The notes under the pieces are model-generated. The model ran no database searches, had not been told where the DNA came from, and saw nothing but the letters and a program-made list of their open reading frames with translations. Shown here in pieces: positions 1 through 11,769 of a DNA stretch of 64,000 nucleotides; the stretch's first letter is position 1; every line of letters begins with the position of its first letter. The position numbers were made by a program, and so were the translations under genes. The stretch lies in the NCBI GenBank assembly GCA_027604505.1, contig JADIIX010000008.1, forward strand, positions 186,001 to 250,000, given 5' to 3'. This stretch comes from Gonapodya sp. JEL0774. Its lineage: Eukaryota.

Positions 1-3000
1 ACGTCCTTTTCGAGGCGCCTTTTTGAGAGTATGAACTTCTTGGTTTTCTTCGCAGGAGCCCCGTGCAGAGCGGACTGGTCTTCGTCGTTGTGGCCTTTGT
101 CATCACTGAAAAGATGCTGCAAGCTCCTCTGAAAGTTAAAAGTTTCTGTGACATTAATCAATTTCGCACCGATTCATTTATTGTTGTGGAGTATCACCTT
201 TAGTGACGTGGCGACGCGTGAATTTGTCCGGTTTGGGAATGGTTTCAACGGCGCTGGTACGTTCCTCCCGACCTTGAACTCATCTATATCTTCATGTTCA
301 TCAGAGCTCGTTAACTCGTCTTCTTCCTCTGCTGGTGGATTCTCTGCAATCTGGATGCTTTTGAATATCCGGTCAGTCTCTTCTCTTTTCTTCGCAGAGA
401 GTGCTTTGCTGGTCAACTCCACGTTCTTTGATGTCATAAAATCGGGCCTCACCGGCTCGGCTGATGTTGGCTTTCGTATGGGCAGCTCGAACTTCGCAGA
501 CTTTGGTGGTAATCCGTTCGTCTCCTTAACAGACATGTCACCTCGACCTTTTAACATACGGTCCTGAAGGCTCTTTCTGGTATTAATAGTGACTTTCAGT
601 TTCTCTGATGTTTCTCTGACCGTTTCCTTAAGTGATTCTGCGACACGGATAGGGTTCCGCGTCGGGCTGCGCTTCGGGGGGTCTCTCTTCACACGTTCAG
701 GCTGAGTTGGTTCATATTCAGAAACGTCTTCGCCGTCTTCGGAGATTGTATTTGACGGGGATGGAGGCACTTCTGGTTGTTTCACTGTCTTTCTCGTGCG
801 TCCCACCTTCTCTCCTTGCGGGTGGGTCTTCGGCATTGCTCGTCCACCTGTTATTGGCGCAACTTTGAGTGCAATATCATTTTCCCCTTCGTCACCTGTC
901 ACCGGGAGGGGAGCTTTCTGAACATGACGTGAAGGGATCTCAACAAGCTCTTCCTCTTGTTCAAAAACTTGTGATGTCACGGCCTTTCTGCGTCCCCGCC
1001 TGCCCTTCGATGAATCTTTCTTAGGCAATTGATCGTCTCCGCCTTTTTCTTGCAGTTTCTCTGCCAAAAACTTTTGTGGTTGATTGTCTCTCCCGGATGC
1101 TTGCTGGGGAGATTTGTTGTCATTTGCCATTACTTTTTGGAACGCCTGAGTCGGTTGCTGCTCTATGCCCCCAGTACGATCTGGCCAGCGCTTGCTCTTT
1201 TCAGTAATATCTCTCTCTTTGATGTCGCTGGAGTGAAGGTTAATTGATCTGCCTGTTTTCTTAGCGATCCCGTCGTCCGATTCCATCTGGACGGACACCG
1301 TGTTCAACTGCACATCACTCCCGTAAGTGCTTTTCTCTTCCAATCTCTCAAATTTTTTAGCTTGGGTGGTTTGTCGTATATTGCTCTTTATCTTCTTGTG
1401 GTCATCGCGCTCTCCCTGTTTCGATGTCCCTGACTGTGGCTCCTCAGACTTACTCCGTGTCCGTGTTATCGCTACGAGCTGATTAGCATTTCCTTGTGAA
1501 TCTACGGGTGGCTCAGATAGTGCACGGGTGGTCTCGGACGCGGATCCAGGAATCTTCCATGGAGGGGATTTCCGGTTAGAGGCAGCGCTGGCCAGCGCAA
1601 CTCGAGAGACGGAAATGGGGATAGACGTTTTGCGGACAATCTGCTTAGTGCAGTTTGTGAGATGCATGCTCACTAACTCAATGAGACGACTACTATTGAC
1701 AGACCACTCACCGATGATCGAAACTTGACGATCGTCTGGGCTAACTGGCAATCTCGAGCGTTCTCGAACTCTAAAACCAGCGTCTCTCCTGGTGCTAATT
1801 CTTGAGTACCTGCTTTCTTGAGTTGTATAGAAAGAGCTCGTTGCTCATCTTCGTGGATGGAGAGTGCATATTTAGTAAGAATGAGACAATTTTTCTGAAC
1901 AGTAAGTCTCCATCGTACCATCGCCGACAACCATCATTTCGCGCCACGAATGGATGCGCTTTGCATAACTGAAGTCGCCCATGAGATCTCCCTCTGACTG
2001 TAAGTGTTATCATCGGAGAGGTGTATCCAGAGAATTTCTGAAAGTCACCAATGCACCACTTACATCGTTAAGTTTTCCAGCAAAACCCAGTGTTTCCCTG
2101 TTCAAAAAGAGATTTAGGTGCTCACTTCCCATCGGTGGATGGAGGTGATCTTCTTTAAATGTAAGGTTTCGCAGGCGTAATACGAGGGGACTGGTTGGTT
2201 CATGTCAGTCAGATCACATTAAACGTGGGGACAGCTTTCACGTGTACCATTTCTCGAATCCATCATTCTCTTTTGTGATTTCTTCGACGGTAGCCCTCTT
2301 CGCGGACTCAAAACTTTTACCAGCCTCCAGCTCCTCGAATCGACGGCGGACATTTTCTGAGAAACCCGCGGTCACCGGTGCTGCACATTCTTCAATGAAC
2401 TTTCGACGTTCCTCGACTTGATCAGGCTTGGGTGTGATGCGAAAGAGGATATCCACTATGGCGAGCAACAGTGAGTAATCTCCAGAATCTCTATGATGAT
2501 CAAGATTTGTATTACGATTACGTATTTTCTGCCTTTATATTAATAAACGCACCTCGCAATCGCCAGGAACTTGGAGGTCCAGTTTCTAAAGTCAGAGACC
2601 ACCTCCTTGTTTGCTTTGCAACGACCGAGGAGCAGAGAAGTGACGTCGGCAGCCTTCAAAAGCAGCGCGATAAATCGAACGACAATATTGTGACATCCGC
2701 CAAAACATACTTGCTTGCGGACACTGATTGGGGCTGTCTTTTTCATGAAGGTCAAAATCAGAGATCGGAGAAGCTTTTTACCAAGGACCTCTTTGTCTGC
2801 AAATAAAGCGCCAGCACTTCAAAGCCTGATAAAGCTTGTCCCGCAAGATATATGTCACTGACCAATCGTTCGGGCCACAATAAAACCCTGAAGGATGAAT
2901 TGAGAAAGCAATCGGGAATACAATAAATGCAGCGAGGATCTCCTGCGGGAACGAACCTCAAGGACATCAAGTAGTTCTATTGACAGAATTTCCCTTGATT

Positions 3001-3493
3001 CATAAGACATTGCTTCAGTGTCAGACCTTGTGAGCTCTTGGGCATAGATGCCAACTGCACGCCCAATAAGGACAGCCAGAAGTCGGCAGGTCGAGTGAAT
3101 TGCGTTCTGTTTCGCGAGGTTGCTCAATTTCAGTGCCAAGTCATGCCCGTCAAAAGTTTCTGGGTTTTCTTTGATGCTCTGCTCGACCAAAACGTGACGT
3201 GAGAGTGATGGGAGACCAAAGAGGGTGTGTGAGCATATGGCTGATGCCTGATTCCCCGACACCAGAAGGGTAAGTCCGACAAGAAAATCCGGCATACCTC
3301 TATAATGCTGGAGACGACTTTTTCCTCTGCCTGTTCCAACTTGCCATCACTGTGTACAGGGGCCCGTGAGAATCGATCGGTCAAAAGTTGTGACAGAAGC
3401 AGCTGCATCTCACAGTAAGGAGTCTTCTGCACGGGAGGCAAGTTTCTCTACGTTCTCAAAGAGTGTTTTCAGTGTTACGCGGCGTGGGGCCAT
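1..3493 (-). CDS. Probable SYCP2/Rec10/Red1-like meiotic chromosome axis core protein (ARM-like + Spt16M/PH-like N-terminus, long disordered middle); multi-exon, 3' end runs out of the window
   Basis: The ATG at 3493 gives MAPRRVTLKTLFENVEK. Spliced exons give DSGDYSLLLAIVDILFRITP...FESAKRATVEEI...HPPMGSEHLNLFLNRETLGFAGKLND. This resembles, from memory, the SYCP2 segment GDYDLQVAIVEALCRMT...FETDCRIFLN...EFWIDFNLGSQTLSF. It is followed by a long low-complexity K/E/S/P-rich exon (ORF 174-1751). Confidence 0.6.
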
Positions 3494-4086
3494 TTTTAGG
3501 CGAAAGGAAAAGAAGGAATGACGGTCGAAGTGTGCCTCGGCATCATGACCACCAAAAAAAACTCTACTGTTGCACAACATTCATGATCAACATTAAACCA
3601 CTATTGTCCATTTATGTTATGTCTCCAGCTGTATGCAGCTACGCCAGATGGAGACCTCAGACGACTTGGCTCCAGAGGAATACAGCTGAAACAACCCTTT
3701 CAACTAGGATCGATTGTGGTTTGTCCGACTATAAGTAGAAGCTGCGCGACGATTCTAAACCGGTTTGTCCTTCTGGTGTTTTCTTCATTCACGGTTTTGG
3801 GGTGAGGCACAGCCTGCCTCCCTTCGGGGCCAAATCGTCCGTTGAAAAATCTTGGTTCCCCAACCCCTTCTTCTATCGGACTTCTCTCGGAAGGTTTGCT
3901 CTGCGATCCATCGCGTTCTGACGAGTCGCAATCTCACGGTTTTCTGCTCACCATCCGGTCTTGCCGACCTGTCACTGCCGAACTCGTCTCGGCATCGGTC
4001 ACATCACGCGATTCCACATCAAACGCAACACCCATAAACTCAACATCTCGGCATCGTAAATTGGGACATTCATCAGTTGTCTTGTC

Positions 4087-6011
4087 ATGCCTCTTGCATC
4101 TTCTCTCGCCGGGTACAACCCACTCTTCTCCTACAAACCCATCCTTTGGACCATCTCCCTCACTCGTGCCATCGAAAATGCTTTGTCACCAGTCTATCAA
4201 CCGTTTTCGAAGGCTGTATTCGGAATCATCAAGTTTGTCATGTGAGAACAGAGAGACCCATCTCACATAGAGTGATTCCGAATGACTGATTACCGTCCGT
4301 ACCTTGCTGAAAACGATATCTTTCCGCCATTTACATTTTGTGTTCGCAATGAATCAGTGGTGAAGGGCTGTTCAGCAAGTTTGTGTGGTGGATGGAGAAC
4401 AATAAGGTCCCGTCGGTTGATCGTCTCAATCTGCCAATGACATACTCGCCGGTGCGTTTCAATTTTTCGAAACCAAGTCTTGTTGGGGATTCCGGCCTTG
4501 AATATTCGCCATAACTTAATTTTGATTGGCGACTCTCCTTCCCTCGATGTATCCACTGTGACTGGGGAAAACTCCTTTCTTTCCCCCACTAGCTCCAACC
4601 TCTCCTCCTCGGCGGTCTCTACATTGCTGGAATTTACGCCGGTCAACGCTATATGTCTAAGCCAGAGCGTAAACCCGTTGACATGACCAACTACTCCTAC
4701 TTCCACAATGCCTTCCTTGTTGGCCTCAACGGCTACATGATGTGGGGATTCATCACTGAAGCATACTTCAACGGAGGCTTCGCGGCGGTTCTGGGGCCCT
4801 GGGGACAATTGCCAGACCTCTCACCAAAGGGTGACGGAGTGAGTGGTTTTTGCAGTCGCGAGTCGCTAATTTGGACGCTGACGATTTCGCGCGCCTGGCT
4901 CCCGGCGGTTGTCCCATTCGTGATTACACCGCTAAACACAGATGGGTGAGTAGCTCCAGGAGGCCGCCGCAGCGTATTCAAATCCTTATTTCTTAATTGC
5001 ATTTGAACTGTAGCCCTCATCATGTGGATGTACTACTGGTCCAAGGTGTTTTTACAGATTGCTGTCCCTTGATCGGGTCCGGATTTGGGTAGATCTGACC
5101 GACTCAATCCCCATCACCAGCTTCCCGACTTCATGGACACAGTAATCATGGTTCTGAAGAAGAACTTCCACCAAATAACATTCCTCCACCTCTACCACCA
5201 CGCTTCTATGGTCTTCATGATGTGGCTGATCCAGTATGCTTGCCCGGGTGGTGACAGTGAGTGATCCACGCGCAATGAAACTATCCCAGTACTTGCATCT
5301 GTGTTTCTGGTGTTTAGTGATCCACACCCCGACAATAAACTCCTTCGTCCACGTCGTGATGGTGAGTGCCCCTTGATTGAGTGAAGAAGATCATTCTCAC
5401 GGTTGTCTTCCATTGTGACACAGTACGGCTACTACCTCGGTCGATCCCTCAAATTTGAGTGGCTCGCGTTCATCAAAAAGTACATTACTCAAATGCAACT
5501 GACCCAGTTTGGGATTGGCATGGCCAACGTGAGCTCTTCCGTTGTCCTCTTACGGAATGTTTACAATCTCAACGAACTTCGTGCTGCCGTTCTTCCAGGC
5601 GCTCTACCTGATGGGCTCTTACTTCACAAATTTGCCCAAGGGTAACCCCTCCGATGTCTGGACTACTTTCACTCACCTCGTGAGTTGCTGCCGCAGCCCT
5701 TCGAACACGTTTCCCCATGTTCGATTCATCTCATTGCTTCGTTCAACAAATCTAGCGCGCCCGCCCCGACCTCTACCCATTGCTCATCTCGGGCACCACT
5801 GTCTCCTACCTCACCACCATGGTGTACCTCTTCATGGACTTTTAGTGGGTGTTGCGCACCGGCTTCCATATCACTCGTTCTTCACATCTCTCATGATATC
5901 CATGAATTCCACAGCATCAAAGATCGAAAACGGGAGGCCGCGGCACGCAAGGCCAAGGCCGCCAATGGCGGTTCCAACGGTGCCCCGAAGGCGGTTGGCC
6001 CTAAACAATAG
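4087..6011 (+). CDS. ELO/GNS1-SUR4 family fatty acid elongase (multi-exon)
   Basis: Motifs DFMDTVIMVLKK, the ITFLHLYHHASM histidine box, NSFVHVVM-YGYY and KKYITQMQLTQF are spread across GT-AG exons. Confidence 0.93.
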
Positions 6012-6211
6012 TGCTCATTCAATGAACAACAAAACATTTAAGTGTGTGACATAGAACTGTACACAATTTACAATGCGATTACACTGTTTTCTACAACTCA
6101 TACTTACTGTGGTTAGGCAACACAGAACAATAATAAGGTGCGAAAGCAAACTCGATGCAGAAGTTCACTTCCGGAGACGTCATCGAATGGCCTTCCATAC
6201 GCCACGTTCTT

Positions 6212-7319
6212 CTAACGGAGCAGCAAGGCCATGTACTCATCAATATCATCTCCATCTTCCACCATAATCTCCCAGTTCCCGTCATCCATGCCAAGAGCGT
6301 CAAGAAAACCAGGACCATCTATTCCCTCATGATCAGAGTCAGAAAATTGAGAGGGCTCGTAGGTGCCCAAAAGGACTTCTTGAGGAAGACCAACTGCACA
6401 AAGAGGAACGGAGGCAGCCAGAGCAGCCAGGCCAAGAGTGGGGCACAGGTGGCCGGGAAGGGAGGGGGTGGGGTTTGGTGAAGGTTCGCCCGCAACGAGA
6501 GAGAACAGTTCAATTGGTCAAAGTAGCATACCCTCAGATTCTGTAAGTAGTCTCAAGGGGGCCCCAGGCCTGTCAGATATGAACCTTGTGCGGTCGAGTG
6601 GGCAATTCACCAGTGACGGACCATTAGGGCGACCACCTGGTTGAAGGAGAAGAAGGAGAAGATTGATCGCGTAAAGTATACCATTGAACAATATAGCAGT
6701 AAAACCTCACGGCCCGCTTTGAGCATCTTTGATTTGCAATTTCGGCATGTTCTGGAGTTCGCAAGAAGAGGGCGGTTCAGGGGGAAAGAGCACCAAGGAT
6801 AAGGAAAGTAGGAATGGGGTGGCAAGGACAACACAAAACAGGGAGGCCATCAAACATACATGTTTACGACTGTCTGTGATGAATGACTCACATGTGCTCC
6901 TCGTGACACGGCCACGCGGTCACGACAGCGTGTTCCAGACAGATTATACACTCGCGCTTTGGCTTCTTCGACGGAGAGGATGTGAACTCCGCAACTGTAC
7001 CATCAGCAGCACTCTCTTTCCTTTTATCAGCTGGAGTCTCCGTGTTGACATATCGTTTCCGCTTACTGATCTTCTTGTCATGATAAATCCTTACGTTTGT
7101 TGCAAGTTCTGGTGTTTCGACAGTCCCGATGGGAGGATCGACTAAAGAGAAACTCTCCTCGTCAGGAGTCTGGGTGGGTTGCTGCGGGACATCTTCACGT
7201 CCTCTCTTGACGCGAGATGGAAGGGCCTCTGGCGACTGCCCGCCGTCTGGACCTCCAAAGGCAAAATCAGCAATACGCGCCGAGCGGCGTGCCGGTGAGG
7301 CTGGTTTCCGTGGGGGCAT
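6212..7319 (-). CDS. RING-finger protein (C3HC3D-type), probable E3 ubiquitin ligase; 4 exons
   Basis: Splicing at canonical GT/AG sites joins ECIICLEHAVVTAWPCHEEHI-TCRNCKSKMLKAGR-GRPNGPSLVNCPLDRTRF. The N-terminus is basic and disordered. The acidic tail ends ...DEYMALLLR*. Confidence 0.75.
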
Positions 7320-7714
7320 TACGCCCAATTAGTAATTATTTATGCAGCGGGACAGGTTACCTGTCCTCTCCCACCAACTGTCCCACCACGGGAAAATCGG
7401 AGTGACAGGCGGCTGCCCCTGGTCTCCCCGACCCTCATTCAATTTCAACTCAATTTCGGGACCACGCCAACGCGCCGTGCTCAGCTTTCCGGTCAACGAG
7501 CCTCATGAATAACACTTTCGTGTAAGCAGTCGCCAAAAATTACTCTATAATTATAATTTTGAGATAAGGTCCATACACATTGTTATTATATTTATACTTC
7601 CCCCTCTTCCCCGCCCCCTCAAAAAAAATGTTATGCCAAAAGTAACGCAGTTTTGCCGCGGCGCGGTTCAACCACCGAAAAGCCGACAAATCTTTCCAAA
7701 AATTCCAACAGAAC

Positions 7715-10245
7715 ATGTCTCTCAAGTATAACACGGCAGCTGAAATTACCACAGTGAGCTTTTCTCTCTGTATCTCCGCCAGGGAAAAGCGAACAGCTCA
7801 CGGAATTACGATTCTCGGGAACAGACATGGGAGACCGTCAGCGCTGCTTTCCGTGCGGGGAAAACACGTCCGTTCAAATTTAGGAGAGATCAGCTTAGAC
7901 AGCTCTACAATCTCATCAAAGAGAACGAGGATGCTTTTGCAGCGGCGATGGACAAGGGTGAGTCGTATCGCGTCACCCGCCGAATCTATTGATTTACGTT
8001 TGACCATTCTGCTCCCGAAGATCTGAAAAGAAGCAAACACGATGTGAGTTTTATCCTTGGATCCAGTGTGTGCGCATTACCTATTAATGTCAATTGTTCG
8101 CAGACATTGGTGTATGAAGTTTTGGTATCCCTCAATGACATTGCAGAGCAGGTGGCAAACTTGGAGGTGAGTACTTGTCAAATTATCAAATATTTGTCAA
8201 GGTGTTCACCTAGACAGCCCTCTGCAACCGATTAGAACTGGGCGAAAACCGAAGTAGTGGTGAGTGATGGTCCGTCATGATAACGATATGCAGATAAAAC
8301 TCAAAATATACTGAAAATAGAAAAGCGGCTTTCTCAGTGAACGCGTTGAGATCCAGTATGAGCCCCTCGGTGTCGCCCTCGATATCGTACCATGGGTGAG
8401 AAGAAGTGTCTGGGCATGTTTGCTACCATATGCAAACCACTACATCTTTCCGTCAGAACTATCCCATTTACCTTGCCATCGGAACCATGGCTGGAATGAT
8501 GGCTGCGGGCAACTGCGTCGTTCTCAAGCCATCGGAACTGTCGCCAAACGTTTCCCAGCTCGTGTGTATTTTGAGAAACACTCATAAAGCTACTCATGTG
8601 ACGAACTTCATGTCTCATAATCTCACATTTTCATTCATCGCAGTTCGCCGATCTTTTCCCCAAGTATCTCGACCAGAGTTGCTACCGGGTCGTCAACGGT
8701 GCCATCCCTGAAACTACCCAATTGCTGGACTACCCATTCAACCAGATCACCTACACTGGCTCCACTCCTGTTGGTAAAATCATTATGAGTGCAGCCGCCA
8801 AGCACCTTACTCCAGTTCTTTTGGGTGAGTGACATCGCAAAAACGCCCTCTCTGCAAATAATTTTTCGGACTCTCACAATGTCGTGTCACCCTGAAGAAC
8901 TCGGCGGCAAGTCACCTGTCTATGTGGCACCTGATGCTGACATCAAGGTCACCGCCCTGCGACTTGCGAATGCAAAGTTCTGTAACGCTGGACAGACATG
9001 CGTAACACCAGACTAGTAAGTTTGCACCTGAAGTAAATTGATCGGAATGATTACTGATATGATACCAGCTTGTTGGTGCACAAGTCGGTCGCATCGAAGC
9101 TTGTGGCTCAGCTCAAAGTCACCATTGAAAAGGCCTGTGAGCTATCGCATTTTGCTTTCTTTACACTGCAACATTCCAATCGAACTTGTACCTCCAGATG
9201 GCTCTGACCCAAAGAAGTCGCCTGCATACGGTCGCATTATCTCCAAAAACCACCACCGTCGGATTATGAAACTTCTTGAACGCGACGCAAGCACCGGGAT
9301 TGTTTTCGCCACTGGTGGTCCTGCCACAGCCGACGAAGAAGACCGGTACATTGCCCCTACTATCGTCACCGGACTGAAAAAGGACAAGGAATATGCACTC
9401 ATGGAGGGAGAGCTGTTTGCTCCAGTTCTGCCGATTATCGAAGTGGAAACGGAGGAAGAGGCCGTGGCGTTCATCAACGCCCGGCCGCACCCGCTCGCGG
9501 CTTATGTGTTCAGTACAGACGCGACCGTTATCGCACGCTTGCAGAAAAACACACACTCTGGATCATTTGCGGCGGTATGTATGAGTCGAGATATGGTTAC
9601 TGGCCGCAAATGCTCAATTGTTTCGCCTCCCCACAGAATGACTGCCACATCACCGTTAGCGCGGAGAATGCGCCGTTTGGTGGTGTAGGTCCTTCAGGAA
9701 TGGGCGCCTAGTGAGTCTCCAGTCACCACAAGTGTCAGTCGCGTAGAGAAATCGTTAAAATTTTTGGCCTGGTCTGCCCAGCCACCACAAGTACGGCTTC
9801 GATCAATTCTCGCACAAGAAAACAGTGGTCATCAGGAAATCTACCCAGGATGCCCTCGATAACATTCGAACGCCGCCTGGCGACTACGCGGTGAGGAGCC
9901 CAGGGTTGATTCGATTTCTTACGCTCTTTGCTCTTTGTCGGACCCTGATGTTCTCAATCTTCACTTTGTATAGGCAACGAAGAGACTCGTTGAGCTTCTG
10001 AGTAAGTACCTCGAACCGTTCTTGTGTGACGGTAGCAAAATACATGTAACCCTGCTCACTCATAAAATTCAGTCCTCAAGAAGCCTCCTAGCGAGGGATA
10101 CCTTGCATTCCAAAACTTTGTATCTGCAGTGTTCCGCCCCTTGGTGGCGACGGTTGTCGCGGCGGCCGTCTACCGAAAGTTTGGTAGCTACGATTTAGTC
10201 AAGGATTTTGCCGCCATTGGTAACACCCTGAAGTCGCTTCTTTAA
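7715..10245 (+). CDS. Fatty aldehyde dehydrogenase (ALDH3/HFD1-like), many short exons
   Basis: Motifs [59 protein letters not shown] (catalytic Cys), ELFAPVLP and [13 protein letters not shown]. The C-terminal anchor is hydrophobic. Confidence 0.95.
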
Positions 10246-10396
10246 AATCATCATCCTCTGCTATTATCATCTGTAACTCAGGAGTAGAACAAAGTTTTGG
10301 ACGCATGGATGGGTTGGGTGAGGGAGGAGCGCGGGAGGGTGACCAAAGCCGGCACCCTCCAACCTGAAATTGCACTTGTCCATTGGAATCGCATCA

Positions 10397-11664
10397 ATGG
10401 TCTTCTATTTTACAAGCAGTGGTGCGCACTCTTGTGTTGAGCAACTCCATCATGATTCTTGGACTTTCTGCCTCTGAAAAGGCCTTTCTCGCACTCCCAA
10501 GCTGTGGAACCACCCGCTCAGATTTATATGGGGAGGGACAAATTCGAGAGTGGGCATTCTTGCAAGGCACCTGCACATTGACCATTCTTACTCATTAGCG
10601 CGATTCTTCGGCCCTTGGGATTGGGCATCGCTGGAAACCCACAGACGAAGATCTCATAAAGTGGGGGTGGGAAGAAGACGTGTGGTTTCACGGTTTGTAG
10701 AAATGATGTCACTCTAGGACGCTGCAGTGTACCTCAATCATTTGTGTTCCTTGTTGATGGCTCTTTAAGTCGACAAGTTGTCCTCGGCCCACGTTTATCT
10801 TCGCATCCCGAAAGATGTTGAGTACACATGGGAGACTATACCCGAGGATCTGTTGATAGATTGCGCTCAGCTGACGAAAGCCAACAGCATTGAAGGTACT
10901 CAGATGAATAAATACTCCGTATGTTGCTCAACTCGACATAACCGTACAAATCTGTTTCGTGTAAATTTGTCCCCTAAGGCTCGAAAAAGAACAACATAAC
11001 CATCATCTATACGCCTGTGAGTAAAATGGAAGCTCTAATAGAACTCGTGAAAAGTTTCGGCAGTCGGTCACTCGATTGTCGCCGGCGTGGAGCCACTCGA
11101 GAATGGGCAGATTGTTGGTGGAGTGTGGTAATATATGTCCGCATTGATACATCGTGCTTCATCCTTTAGTGGTCGAATCTCAAGAAAACCGGTGCAATGG
11201 ATACGGGACAAGTAGCTTTTCACAAAGACAATGTACGTTTGACGGGACATTGTGTTGGTTGTTGCAACTCGCTGACGGACCTCTTCAACATCTCAGTTGG
11301 TGAAGCGTATCCACGTAGAAAAGAAGGACAATTTCATTCTTAACCGCCTCAACAAAACCAAAGTTGAACGTCAGCCAGACTTGGAGCGTGAGAAGTTGGA
11401 CAAACAGAAAGGAGAAAGGGCAGCTCAGCGGAAAGATGAGAAAGCTCGAGTGAGTGATGCAAAGTCTAATAACCGACGAGAATTTTTCGCCGATCGTATG
11501 CCTGTTGTTCTGTTCGATAGAAACAAGAAGAGCTAAAACTTCGAGAAGAACGTTCAAAGATGGATGACATCAAAAACTATAGGGACGTATTTGGTGACGA
11601 TAGTACTTTTGCAAAGTCGAACACAAATAGAGCTGGTGTAGATATTGATGAAGATTTTATGTAA
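10397..11664 (+). CDS. CCDC25: CCDC25/Jlp2 (NFACT-R RNA-binding domain protein)
   Basis: [39 protein letters not shown] and [13 protein letters not shown] are present, and the protein ends in the typical ...DEDFM*. Confidence 0.95.
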
Positions 11665-11769
11665 TGAACGCTGAGTAGATCTCTCTGTGTTGTTCCGACG
11701 AACTGTTTGTCGTCATTGCCCAAAATCAACACCTCCCATCTCAGAAGACGACTGAAAACCTATCTCAAG

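Noticed and set aside
4270..4292. Apparent in-frame TGA (selenocysteine/readthrough) in the elongase
   Set aside because: It lies in an intron. Using the acceptor at ~4357 gives an uninterrupted frame.
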